Shown here: one piece after another, positions 49,373 to 58,825 of the stretch
How positions within the stretch are numbered: the first letter of the stretch is position 1
How the letters are laid out: every line of letters starts with the position of its first letter
DNA from: Candidatus Dojkabacteria bacterium
GTDB lineage: Bacteria > Patescibacteriota > Dojkabacteria > B142 > WJKM01
Reading direction: 5' to 3'
Assembly (NCBI GenBank): GCA_014729085.1
Contig: WJKM01000008.1
Span: forward strand, 163-64,162
Length of the DNA stretch: 64,000 nt
Position numbers and translations under genes: made by a program
Notes under the pieces: model-generated
The model's database searches: none
Seen by the model: only the letters and a program-made list of their open reading frames with translations
What the model was told of the DNA's origin: nothing

Positions 49373-49831
49373 TTATGAAGAAGATTGAAAACCTGTAGTT
49401 TCTGGAGATCGATTCACAACTAACCAATATAGACCTACTTTTTTTACAACCTCAGAAAACTTGTCAAAATCTACCGGTTTTTGGATAAAACTGTTTGCAC
49501 CAAGTTCATACCCTTTTTCTATATCTGCTTGAAGATTAGAGGAAGTGAGTATGATAACAGGTATATTTTTTGTTTTAGGATTGTCTTTTATTAGCTTTAG
49601 AACCTCTAAACCATGTAGTTTGGGAAGTTTGAGATCAAGAAGAATTAATTTGGGATTTTCGTTTTTATTTCTATCTGAATATTGATTTTTACAAAATAAA
49701 AAGTCTAGCGCTTCTTCGCCATCACTAACTAAATGAATATTATTAGATATATGGTTGTTTCGGAGAGATAATAGTATTAATTCTGCATCATTTGGATCGT
49801 CTTCGATTAATAAAATTTCAACTGTGTTCAT
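49373..49831 (-). CDS. Stand-alone response regulator (Rcp1-like)
   Basis: ILLIEDD, LLDLKLPK, LTSS, GANSFIQKP, GLYW. Confidence 0.92.
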   Translation of the reverse strand: MNTVEILLIEDDPNDAELILLSLRNNHISNNIHLVSDGEEALDFLFCKNQYSDRNKNENPKLILLDLKLPKLHGLEVLKLIKDNPKTKNIPVIILTSSNLQADIEKGYELGANSFIQKPVDFDKFSEVVKKVGLYWLVVNRSPETTGFQSSS

Positions 49832-49902
49832 ATTGAATTCTTAAGATGTAGGCTATATTAAACATTGCATATTAAACAGAATGATCTGTGTGTCAACTTG
49901 AT

Positions 49903-50328
49903 TTATTTTTGCACAAGAGACCAATATAAACCTGCTTGTTTTACTGCTTCTGAGAACTGGGTAAAATCAAGAGGTTTTTGAATATAGCTATTTGCTCCTA
50001 GTTTATATCCATCAATCATATCTTTATCAAGTTCGGATGAAGTAAAAATCGCGACCGGAATATTTTTAGTATTATCATTTTCTCTGATATTTTTGAGGAC
50101 TTCTAAACCGTTAATTTTGGGAAGTTTAAGATCTAGCAGAATCAGTTGTGGTTTGTTCTCGTCAGTCCTATTTGAATATTTTCCTTGGCAATGCAGGAAA
50201 TCCAAGGCTTCCTGACCGTCAGTAACCAGATGAATTTTATTTAGAATATTATTTCGGCGCAGGGTTAGAAGAGCAAGTTCAGCATCATTTGCATCATCTT
50301 CAACTAATAATATTTCAATATTTTCCAT
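49903..50328 (-). CDS. Stand-alone response regulator (Rcp1-like), paralog
   Basis: ILLVEDD, LLDLKLPK, FTSS, GANSYIQKP. Confidence 0.92.
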   Translation of the reverse strand: MENIEILLVEDDANDAELALLTLRRNNILNKIHLVTDGQEALDFLHCQGKYSNRTDENKPQLILLDLKLPKINGLEVLKNIRENDNTKNIPVAIFTSSELDKDMIDGYKLGANSYIQKPLDFTQFSEAVKQAGLYWSLVQK

Positions 50329-50342
50329 GACTACAATTAAAA

Positions 50343-52811
50343 TTACAAGTTAAACTTAATATAGAAAGTCGCCCCTTTACCGGGTTTTCCGACGGCTTTT
50401 ATACTACCATTATGTTTTTCAATAATTCGTTTCACTGTAGCAAGGCCTATGCCAATACCTTCAAAATCTTTTGCTTTATGCAATCTCTGGAAAATACCAA
50501 AGAGTTGATTTTGGTATTTCATATCGAAACCTGCTCCATTATCTTTGATATAGAAACCGGTTTCATTTTGTTTTAAAGGTCCTATCTCAATCTTAGCATT
50601 TTCTGTATTGCTTGTATATTTGATTGCATTGGAGATTAGGTTACGAAATACTGTTGTCATTAATATCTCATCACATTCTAAAGTAGGTAGTTCATGTATT
50701 ATTACTTTAATTTCGTATTCGGAAATTTCATCTTCAAATTCAGATACTACTTGAGTTACTATTTCGTTAAGATCAAGCTTGGTGAGAGTAAGCGCTTTTC
50801 TTCCAATTCTAGATAGATCGAGCAATCCATCAATTAGTTTATTCATCTTTGTTATGCCATTAATAATTTTTTCAAAATATGTTTTAGCTTTGTTAGGCAA
50901 TTTATCTTTATATTCAGTATTTATTATTTGCGAAAAACCCCCTATATGTCTCAGTGGGGCTCTTAAATCATGTGATACAGAGTAGGTAAAAGCTTCAAGC
51001 TCCTCATTTGCAATTTTTAATTCCTTGGTTCTTTTACGAACCCTTTCGTCTAACTCCTTACTTAGTTTTCTATATTTTGATTCACTCAATTTCAGCTCTT
51101 TAGATGCTGTTTTTAGTTCAACAATATTTCCTATTATTTCAGAAATAGTGGTTGTTAGATTGATTGCATTGTCCGAAAATAGGTTACTATTCTTATTATC
51201 TTGTTTCGTAAGTCTGGAAAGTTCAAGTTTACCTATTATTTTGTCATTCGAACTAATAGTATGAGATATTGAATTCTCACTCTCTGAATAATTTCTAGAT
51301 AAATAGGCCTGGTTATTTACTATTATGCGTGCTGTGATTTGATCATTATTTACTGAAATTTTTGGAATTATATCCGCAATTTTTTGAATAGTCTCATTGA
51401 TTGTAAGGTCAGTTTTTTGAAGAAGTTTAGTAATATTATATAGGCAATTCAGTTCTCTAACCCGCTGGAATAATTCTTGAGTCCGCTTTTCAAGGTTTTC
51501 TTTCAATTGTTGTTCTTCGGTTACATCTTTATAAATAGCTACTATTTCTCCGGTAGATAATTTATATACATAATTATCTCTCCATCCAGCTATTCTTTTA
51601 TCTTTATACATTTTTAAGGGAAAGTGTTTGGGTTTTCCAGTTTCCCATACTTTTTGAAAAACTTCAAAAAGTCCGAATTTTTTTATACTTGGGAATATTT
51701 GTAAAACGCTTTTGCCAATTATGTCTTCTCGTTTAATTTTTTCAGTTTTTTCTGCTGCTTTATTAAAATCTTTAAAGATAAAGTCACTTCCATTATCTCT
51801 AGCCTCATATATTGCTACACAGTTGCTCATATTATCAAATAGTTCTTTAAATTTTTGTTCTGTTAAAAGTAGTTTTTCTGAGGTTTCCTTTTCGAAAGTT
51901 ATATCTCTTATAATTAACGTAAAATAGATTTCGTTTTCAAATGTATATTTACTTGGAGAAATTTCAATATTAATTATTCTTCCATATCTATCCTTACCGT
52001 ATAATCTGCTTACATTATTCTTATTTTTTATATTAGTAATTATGTTTTGAAATTTAGTTTTATTTAGCAATATTTTGGATATGTGTTTATCTAAGAGTTC
52101 GGATTCATTGTAATTAAAGATTTTTTTTGCTGCTTCGTTTAAGGATTTGATTTTAAAAGAAGAGTCGATAGAAATAATTGCTTCATTAACATTTTCTATC
52201 ACTGAATTTACGAAGTTTTCGTGTTTAGTAAATTGCTTAACTCGAATATTATTTAATGTATTTGTATTCCATTTGTATATAAGAGTAATGATGACAATGA
52301 TACTAATAAAACTAAAAATTCCATAAAAAATATCCTCTAGGGTTAAGTTTGGATGAATATATGAATATAAAGGCAGAGTTAATAAAAAAAGTAGATATGT
52401 AAAAGACAATCTTTTGATATCCTGAAATATACAGGAAATTAATACTGGTACTGCTAGAAAAGTCAACATATCTGGTAAATCTAGTCCTATATATAAAATT
52501 AGTAGAAATAAAATCCAGACTAAAATCGTGGATCCCCAGAAAATATAATTTTTTTTACTTAAAATAAAAATAATAAATAAAATAAGAATTATTAGTAAAT
52601 TTTTATCTAATAATCTAAAACTGTAGGGATTAAATATATGAGAGGATATTGTAGATAAAATTAAGAAAGACATTAATGTAAAGGACGTAAGGCTTAAGAT
52701 TTGAGATTGACGACGTAATTTAGGATCAGGAATTGTTTTAGAAGGTTTAATAATAAACTTTTTAAATTTATTAATAAATCTGAGGATTGAATTTTTAAAT
52801 TTATCCTCCAT
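50343..52811 (-). CDS. Membrane sensor histidine kinase with two PAS domains
   Basis: TM region, PAS, FTYSVSHDLRAPL H-box, NLISNAIKY, DNGAGF, FQRLH, GIGLA. Confidence 0.93.
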   Translation of the reverse strand: MEDKFKNSILRFINKFKKFIIKPSKTIPDPKLRRQSQILSLTSFTLMSFLILSTISSHIFNPYSFRLLDKNLLIILILFIIFILSKKNYIFWGSTILVWILFLLILYIGLDLPDMLTFLAVPVLISCIFQDIKRLSFTYLLFLLTLPLYSYIHPNLTLEDIFYGIFSFISIIVIITLIYKWNTNTLNNIRVKQFTKHENFVNSVIENVNEAIISIDSSFKIKSLNEAAKKIFNYNESELLDKHISKILLNKTKFQNIITNIKNKNNVSRLYGKDRYGRIINIEISPSKYTFENEIYFTLIIRDITFEKETSEKLLLTEQKFKELFDNMSNCVAIYEARDNGSDFIFKDFNKAAEKTEKIKREDIIGKSVLQIFPSIKKFGLFEVFQKVWETGKPKHFPLKMYKDKRIAGWRDNYVYKLSTGEIVAIYKDVTEEQQLKENLEKRTQELFQRVRELNCLYNITKLLQKTDLTINETIQKIADIIPKISVNNDQITARIIVNNQAYLSRNYSESENSISHTISSNDKIIGKLELSRLTKQDNKNSNLFSDNAINLTTTISEIIGNIVELKTASKELKLSESKYRKLSKELDERVRKRTKELKIANEELEAFTYSVSHDLRAPLRHIGGFSQIINTEYKDKLPNKAKTYFEKIINGITKMNKLIDGLLDLSRIGRKALTLTKLDLNEIVTQVVSEFEDEISEYEIKVIIHELPTLECDEILMTTVFRNLISNAIKYTSNTENAKIEIGPLKQNETGFYIKDNGAGFDMKYQNQLFGIFQRLHKAKDFEGIGIGLATVKRIIEKHNGSIKAVGKPGKGATFYIKFNL

Positions 52812-52880
52812 ATAAATATTTAAGATTGAAAAATATATTTCATTTTAGCCTAATACTAATTTCATGAAAAGCTATAAATA

Positions 52881-52952
52881 AGCTGGCTATGAGATTTGAA
52901 CTCATAACCTTTCCCTTACGAAGGGAATGCTCTACCATTGAGCTAAGCCAGC
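52881..52952 (-). tRNA. tRNA-Thr (anticodon CGT), CCA not encoded
   Basis: GCTGGCT/AGCCAGC acceptor stem, GCTC/GAGC D arm, TTCCC-TTCGTAA-GGGAA anticodon arm, ATGAG-TTCAAAT-CTCAT T arm. Confidence 0.95.
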
Positions 52953-52997
52953 ATTTGTTGAAAATCTATTTTAATAACTAATGGGGTTTATCGTTAT

Positions 52998-53037
52998 TTT
53001 CATGTCATCTAAGAATAATATCTAAGATGACATGAAA
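52998..53037. terminator. Inverted repeat downstream of the LysW-like gene
   Basis: tttcatgtcatct / agatgacatgaaa 13-bp perfect arms. Confidence 0.6.
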
Positions 53038-53050
53038 TATGTGGAATAAT

Positions 53051-53242
53051 TTATTTTTCTTCCTCAAGCATTTCTAATGTAAAATTTTCACTCTCATCTT
53101 GATCAATTAGGGTGTATTCGATACCGCAAAATTCACATTCTACTATATCTTTGATTTTTTTTTCTTCAGAAATGGTATTTTCATTTTTACATTCATCACA
53201 GACGTAATTATTTCCATTTGATTTGATTTGAACTTCATCCAT
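53051..53242 (-). CDS. LysW-like zinc-ribbon acidic small protein
   Basis: CDEC...DIVECEFCGIEY; acidic tail ends EEEK rather than EDWGE. Confidence 0.7.
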   Translation of the reverse strand: MDEVQIKSNGNNYVCDECKNENTISEEKKIKDIVECEFCGIEYTLIDQDESENFTLEMLEEEK

Positions 53243-53368
53243 ATTGCTGATAAGTTTGTAATATATTAAATAGTAATGAGTTATATAGACAGTAACTTAA
53301 ATATTATACACAATAGTATAATATCATTATTTTAGATCAATTTAGTTTATACAATTATATAACATTTT

Positions 53369-54295
53369 ATGTTCAAGAAAGGAATTTGGACCTACAGTCA
53401 AATATCTGAGCTTATAGAACCTAAATATCATATTTCTTTGGGGGAAGGCGGAACTGGTATTAATGAAATTAGTTTTGAAGATCAAAAGGTATGCCTTAAA
53501 AGAGAAGATAAAAATCCAAATCAGTCATTTAAGGATAGAAGCTTGGTCTTTCAAATTGCTTTTTATTTACAGCAAGGAAAAAAACGTTTTGTAATTAGTT
53601 CTTCTGGGAATGCCGCAATAAGTGCTCTTTCCTGTTGTCAAAAGTATAATCTAGAACTTGATATATTCGTATCTAACAAAATTGAAGATTATAAATTGAA
53701 AAAAATAACTGATATTATAGATATAAAATTTGTTCATAAATCAAAGAGGCCAAAATCCGATGCAATGAAGTTTTCGAGGAAAACTGGAGCTGTTAACTTA
53801 AGAGGTTCCAAGGATGAAAAGGCGGTAATTGGTTTTCAAACAATTGCCTTCGAACTTATTAAGCAGATGCCAAATGCCGATGCTGTATTCATCTGTTGTA
53901 GTTCGGGTACAAGTACTGTAGGCATTTGGCAGGGTTATCAAGTATATAATTTTGAGGGTATATATCCACAAATTCATATTGTCCAAACAAGTAAAATTCA
54001 TCCAATAGCAAAAGAGTTTGATACTGATTTTAAGATTACCAAATCATCATTAGCAGGAGCTGTTTGTGACCGTGTTGCACACAGAAAATTACAAGTATTG
54101 GAGATTATTAGAGAATCAAATGGATCGGGTTGGGTTGTTAGTGATCAAGAATTAATAATTGTAAAAAAAAATCTAAGTGCAAAGGGAATAGAGATTGAAG
54201 GATATAATGCATATGTTTCATTTGCAGGGTTACAAAAAGCATTAAAAAACGGATTCCAGTTTGATAATCCTGTTTGTATTATTTCGGGTATTTAA
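53369..54295 (+). CDS. Fold-type II PLP enzyme (threonine synthase-like)
   Basis: LGEGGT, LKRED.NP..SFKDR (PLP Lys), SSSGNA, QTIAFEL. Confidence 0.85.
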   Translation: MFKKGIWTYSQISELIEPKYHISLGEGGTGINEISFEDQKVCLKREDKNPNQSFKDRSLVFQIAFYLQQGKKRFVISSSGNAAISALSCCQKYNLELDIFVSNKIEDYKLKKITDIIDIKFVHKSKRPKSDAMKFSRKTGAVNLRGSKDEKAVIGFQTIAFELIKQMPNADAVFICCSSGTSTVGIWQGYQVYNFEGIYPQIHIVQTSKIHPIAKEFDTDFKITKSSLAGAVCDRVAHRKLQVLEIIRESNGSGWVVSDQELIIVKKNLSAKGIEIEGYNAYVSFAGLQKALKNGFQFDNPVCIISGI

Positions 54296-54387
54296 TCCGG
54301 TTATTCAAGAAGAAAAGTTTGCGAGCTAACGATTTTACTAATTCCTCACAGCTTGCTACAGGGTAGTTTATTTTATAATTGAAATTT

Positions 54388-55770
54388 ATGGATGATCTAA
54401 ATTCGATAGTAAAAAAGATCAATAATAAGATAGGGACACGGGACTATTTCTATATTAGTAATGAAGTGGAACATGGTTTAGGATTAGCAGATTTAATACA
54501 TAACTTTAAATCAGTCTGCCTGAATTACGTTGATATAGTAGATTATCTTTATGAGGATAAGAGGGATATATTCTGTTTATTACAGCACAATCAAAAGACA
54601 AAAGTTAGGACATCAGCAGGTTTATTATCCTATTTAACTAGCAATCCTCTACCCTCCTTAATTCATGACTGGAATTTCAATGGTGCATGTTTCCAGACAT
54701 TTAAGATATCTCCTAAGTTTGAAAATTTAGTTTCTGATCTGGGTGGTGTTTTAGTAAATACACCTGCAAGGTTAAATCGTTTGTTTGAATTAAAGATAAG
54801 TCAATCTAGATTACTGGGTAAGGGCAAGATTAATATTCCCAAAACATATATTGGCGTTTTAGGAAAGTTTGATTATGACGATTTGGTAAACAAATTAGGA
54901 AGTAATTTTGTAATTCAATATAATAGAGGCCATACTGGGCAAGGGACAAAGTTTATCAAATCCCAAAAGGCTTTTAATGAAATAAAGGACTTATTTCCCA
55001 AACGTGAAGTGAGAGTCTTAGAGTATATTAAAGGACAAACATATTCTATAAATTGCTGTATGGGCAAGAATAGAATTTTTATAGGAGGTATTTATAAACA
55101 AATTACAGGAATACCTGAATTAACTTCTAAAAAGGGAGCGACAGTTGGGGGAACATGGAATCATGGCCTTCCCGAAGAAATTTTAGAAAAACTAAAGATT
55201 GAAATTTCTAAATTAGAGATTTTATTCAAACAAAATAATTATTTAGGATTGTTTGGATTTGATTTTATTTATAATTCCGAAAATCAAGAGGTAAAAATAA
55301 TTGAAATAAATGCCAGACAACAAATGACTGTTGCATTTAATTCACAGATAAATTTGCTTCAAGGATTAATACCTCTCAATTTACTGCATATTGTACAGAT
55401 TTTAAATGTAGATATAGATGTGGATATTGATGAGTACAATAAAATAGGAATGGAAGAGATTGATGCAGGGCAGCTATATTTTAGAAATCAAGCAGATATA
55501 AGCACAGATATAAAAAAAGAGATAAGAACAGGTGAATACAAACCTCAAATAGATAGTTTTGATCATGATTCTATAATAAAACAAACTTATAAAATAAAAG
55601 AAATATCTGAAGAAAATGTCTTGTTGTATACTAGAAAATACCAAGAAGAAATTTCCCCAGGCCATGAAGTAGCTAGAATTCAAGTAAAAAATAACTTATT
55701 CGATAAATCGGGAAAATTAGATACTAAATATGTAAAGTTTGTTTCACAAGTTGGTAACAGTTGTATATAA
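54388..55770 (+). CDS. ATP-grasp domain protein
   Basis: GHTGQGT loop, EYIKG, GLFGFDF, IIEINAR. Confidence 0.75.
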   Translation: MDDLNSIVKKINNKIGTRDYFYISNEVEHGLGLADLIHNFKSVCLNYVDIVDYLYEDKRDIFCLLQHNQKTKVRTSAGLLSYLTSNPLPSLIHDWNFNGACFQTFKISPKFENLVSDLGGVLVNTPARLNRLFELKISQSRLLGKGKINIPKTYIGVLGKFDYDDLVNKLGSNFVIQYNRGHTGQGTKFIKSQKAFNEIKDLFPKREVRVLEYIKGQTYSINCCMGKNRIFIGGIYKQITGIPELTSKKGATVGGTWNHGLPEEILEKLKIEISKLEILFKQNNYLGLFGFDFIYNSENQEVKIIEINARQQMTVAFNSQINLLQGLIPLNLLHIVQILNVDIDVDIDEYNKIGMEEIDAGQLYFRNQADISTDIKKEIRTGEYKPQIDSFDHDSIIKQTYKIKEISEENVLLYTRKYQEEISPGHEVARIQVKNNLFDKSGKLDTKYVKFVSQVGNSCI

Positions 55771-55787
55771 ATTAATTGATACAGTAA

Positions 55788-56561
55788 ATGCAAAAGATAC
55801 CTAAATTGCTACAAAAACAAATTGATAAGTATTTTAACCTCCAAATTGGGAGTAAATCGGTAGTTTGTCCTTATTATATTAATCCAAAAGTAATGGTTGG
55901 TAATTTGCGGGTTATGGCAGGTAAAGGAAGTCCGAGAGAAATTGAGCATGAGACAAAAGTATGGGCAAAAGTGAAAGGCTTTGATCTTAAGAAAGCAACT
56001 TCTAAAGAAATTAGAAAATTTATGATTGAAACACATATTGGTATAGATTGCTCAGGATTCATTTCTCAAGTCCTTTCTTTGTATTTGAAGGAAAATAATT
56101 TACCCCCTTTAATCAAACTATTAAAATTCAAGAATAATAATCTCGGTAGTAAAATAAGAAGGTTTCTTAGGCCTATCGAAAATATTGGGGCCAAGACCTT
56201 GACATCCAAGGCAAATACAGTAGAAATAAAAGATTTAAACGATATTTCTGCAGGAGACTTAATTAGAGCTAAAGGAAAACAAAGAAATGCATTTCATGTA
56301 GCAATGATTGTTGAAGTAAAGAGGAATTCGGCAGGTGAGATTCAAATTTTTGAATATGTTAATTCGCATAGATATTATGAGGATCAAAACGGTGTTAGGT
56401 ATGGAAAAGTAGAAATAACTGATCCTGATGGCGAGTTGAAAAAACAGAATTGGTTAGATGAGTTGAATGGGAGAAATTATTTTTTGGAGGATTTATTAGT
56501 GGATTACGAAGATAACGGAATTAGGAGGTTAAGATTTGCAGACGAGATAGGACTGTATTAG
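55788..56561 (+). CDS. NlpC/P60-like (papain-fold) protein without signal peptide
   Basis: GIDCSGF, AGDLI, HVAMI Cys-His motifs. Confidence 0.7.
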   Translation: MQKIPKLLQKQIDKYFNLQIGSKSVVCPYYINPKVMVGNLRVMAGKGSPREIEHETKVWAKVKGFDLKKATSKEIRKFMIETHIGIDCSGFISQVLSLYLKENNLPPLIKLLKFKNNNLGSKIRRFLRPIENIGAKTLTSKANTVEIKDLNDISAGDLIRAKGKQRNAFHVAMIVEVKRNSAGEIQIFEYVNSHRYYEDQNGVRYGKVEITDPDGELKKQNWLDELNGRNYFLEDLLVDYEDNGIRRLRFADEIGLY

Positions 56562-56841
56562 AAAAATATTGATTATCAAAGTTGCAGCAATGCTAGTAAG
56601 AAGATATACCCAAAATAGTTTGCCTAGCGTTGCCAAACAAATTAATTGATTAAAACTCCAAATTTATATAATAACTTGATTAATTAAAGCTTTATTTAAA
56701 ATTTGATTAAAATAAAGCTATTAATTGCAACACGTTTATGTTGTCTCTCTTTAAAGTTCTTTCTTCTGAGGTTAGAATCCTACAAAAATATGGTAAAAAC
56801 TTAGAATCTAATTGAAATAATTTTATTCTCATTAAAAATCT

Positions 56842-56877
56842 TTAGCACTTGACGTTTTGGACTGCTAATGATATATT
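56842..56877 (+). promoter_or_regulatory. CIRCE operator overlapping the hrcA promoter
   Basis: TTAGCACTT-N9-GACTGCTAA; TTGACG-17-TATATT with extended TG. Confidence 0.92.
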
Positions 56878-56904
56878 TTGTTTGTATTTTAGTTGCAATT
56901 TTCT

Positions 56905-57648
56905 ATGAACGATATTGAATTAACACAAAGACAAATAAAGCTTTTGAAAGCTATTTTGAGTGAATTTATGGATACAGCTGAAGCTGTCGGGTCTTCTCAT
57001 CTACCTACTAAATATAATATTAAAGTTAGTCCAGCAACCATAAGAAATGAAATGATGCAACTTGGCAATATGGGATTATTAAGTAAAAGCCATGTTTCTT
57101 CCGGACGAAAACCAACTTCAAGAGCTTTTAGGTTTTTTATTGATGAATTATTGGATGACTTAGAAGAGATTAAAGGAGAAAGAGAAGCGAAAATACGAGA
57201 AACTATATTTCAACATCGCTTTAGTGTTGATAGGCTTTTATATGAAGCAGTTAGAAAGCTAAACGAAATTACTAACAATATATCCATAGCTGTTTTTGAA
57301 GATAGGGTTTATCATTCTGGAATTTGTGAGCTTGTAAACTACCCTGAATATCAGCAACATAGACGGTTGAAAAGCTTATTACAAGTGCTAGAAGATGTAC
57401 AAACTTTAACTGATTTATTCCAAAAGCACGCTCAGGAAGATAATGATGTTTATATATTAATTGGAAAAGATGACACTGGACTAAGTTCATTTGAAAGAAC
57501 TTCAATTGTCTTTGGCAAACTTTATTTACATGGAAACCAGGTAGGTTATTTAGCTGTAATTGGTCCTGACAGAATAGATTATTCTCAAGTTATCCCATCA
57601 GTCAAATGGATGATTAAAACTGTCAATAAAAGTGTTCAAGGATGGTAA
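56905..57648 (+). CDS. hrcA: Heat-inducible transcription repressor (short form)
   Basis: LTQRQ..LL, VGS, VSPATIRNEM, SSGRKPT, VIGP.R.DY; upstream of grpE. Confidence 0.93.
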   Translation: MNDIELTQRQIKLLKAILSEFMDTAEAVGSSHLPTKYNIKVSPATIRNEMMQLGNMGLLSKSHVSSGRKPTSRAFRFFIDELLDDLEEIKGEREAKIRETIFQHRFSVDRLLYEAVRKLNEITNNISIAVFEDRVYHSGICELVNYPEYQQHRRLKSLLQVLEDVQTLTDLFQKHAQEDNDVYILIGKDDTGLSSFERTSIVFGKLYLHGNQVGYLAVIGPDRIDYSQVIPSVKWMIKTVNKSVQGW

Positions 57649-57694
57649 TTCTTCTTTTTAAATAACCAATAGATTAACTATTAAGTAAATATTT

Positions 57695-58261
57695 ATGTCT
57701 AAAAAACAAAAGGAAAAGTCAAATAAAAAAGAACAAAAAAAATCAGTCAAAAAAGATAAGGATCAAAAGGATGTAAGTAAAAAAGTTGATAATAAAAACT
57801 TAGAAGAAAAAATTAAAGATTTGGAAGAAAGACTGCAGGAAGAAAAAGAAAGTAGACTTGTTGCACTAGCAGATTTTGAAAACTATAAGAAGAGAGTTCA
57901 AGCTGAAAAGGAACAGCTTAATCTTCTTGCAAATGCGACAGTATTAAATCTTGTTCTCGAAGTACTTGATGATCTCCAAAGAGCAATGCAGGATATGGAG
58001 GAAGTTCCAGCAGGTTTGTCAATGATTGAGGGTAAGATTACTAATCTTTTAGAAGAACAAGGCTTAGAACAAATCAATGTAGAAGAAGGGGATGAATTCG
58101 ACCCCAAATTAATGGAGGCTCTTGGAACCGTAACTGTTGAAGATAAAGAGAAAGATGGAAAAGTAATTCATTTAGAAAGAAAAGGATATAAATTTAAAGA
58201 TAAAGATATAATTGTGAGAGGAGCGAGGGTGATTGTTGGAAAAAAAGAAACGAAATCTTAA
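57695..58261 (+). CDS. grpE: Nucleotide exchange factor
   Basis: ADFENYKKR, LEVLDDL.RA, FDP..MEA, GY....VR.ARV.V. Confidence 0.93.
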   Translation: MSKKQKEKSNKKEQKKSVKKDKDQKDVSKKVDNKNLEEKIKDLEERLQEEKESRLVALADFENYKKRVQAEKEQLNLLANATVLNLVLEVLDDLQRAMQDMEEVPAGLSMIEGKITNLLEEQGLEQINVEEGDEFDPKLMEALGTVTVEDKEKDGKVIHLERKGYKFKDKDIIVRGARVIVGKKETKS

Positions 58262-58282
58262 TTTAATTAATCCATTTGACTT

Positions 58283-58789
58283 ATGCAAGTATTAATCTAC
58301 TCAGATGTCCATGATAATGTTTTAAATTTACAAAGAGTATTTAGTAAGGCAAAAAACCTTGGTGTTAAGAAAGCTTTGGCTCTTGGAGATTTTGGAAGTC
58401 CTAATGCCATCCGAGCAATTATTGAAAACGGTTTACCAACCAAAGCGGTTTTCGGAAATACAGATGGAGAAAAAGTCATGAGTTTCAAACTGGCTTCTGA
58501 AAGTAATGGTATTTTGTCTATAACTCCTAAAACAAGCGATATTATTGAAATGAGTAATAAAAAGGTATACATTGATCATTTCCCGGATATTGCCCCTACC
58601 TTAGCTGTATCAGGAGAATTTGATGCGGTTTTTTATGGACATACTCATGAAATTGAATATGAAAAATTAGAGAATGGATGTATCCTTGCAAATCCTGGAG
58701 AAGTAGGGGGTTATATCACAGGCAAATCAACGTTTTTGGTTTGGAATACAAAACTGGATGAAATAAAGGAATATGAATTAAACATATAA
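58283..58789 (+). CDS. YfcE-like metallophosphoesterase
   Basis: SDVHDN, LGD, GNTD, YGHTH, NPGE. Confidence 0.88.
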   Translation: MQVLIYSDVHDNVLNLQRVFSKAKNLGVKKALALGDFGSPNAIRAIIENGLPTKAVFGNTDGEKVMSFKLASESNGILSITPKTSDIIEMSNKKVYIDHFPDIAPTLAVSGEFDAVFYGHTHEIEYEKLENGCILANPGEVGGYITGKSTFLVWNTKLDEIKEYELNI

Positions 58790-58825
58790 AATTCTCCGTT
58801 TCATTTTTTTAAATTAGACACTTAC

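Noticed and set aside
53051-53242. Canonical lysW and lysine biosynthesis
   Set aside because: Lacks the EDWGE tail and neighbouring lysX/Z/Y/J/K, so no symbol was assigned
52881-54295. Functional link between tRNA-Thr and the threonine synthase-like gene (T-box or tRNA-dependent chemistry)
   Set aside because: Opposite strands, separated by a hairpin and another gene, and no T-box motif seen; probably coincidental
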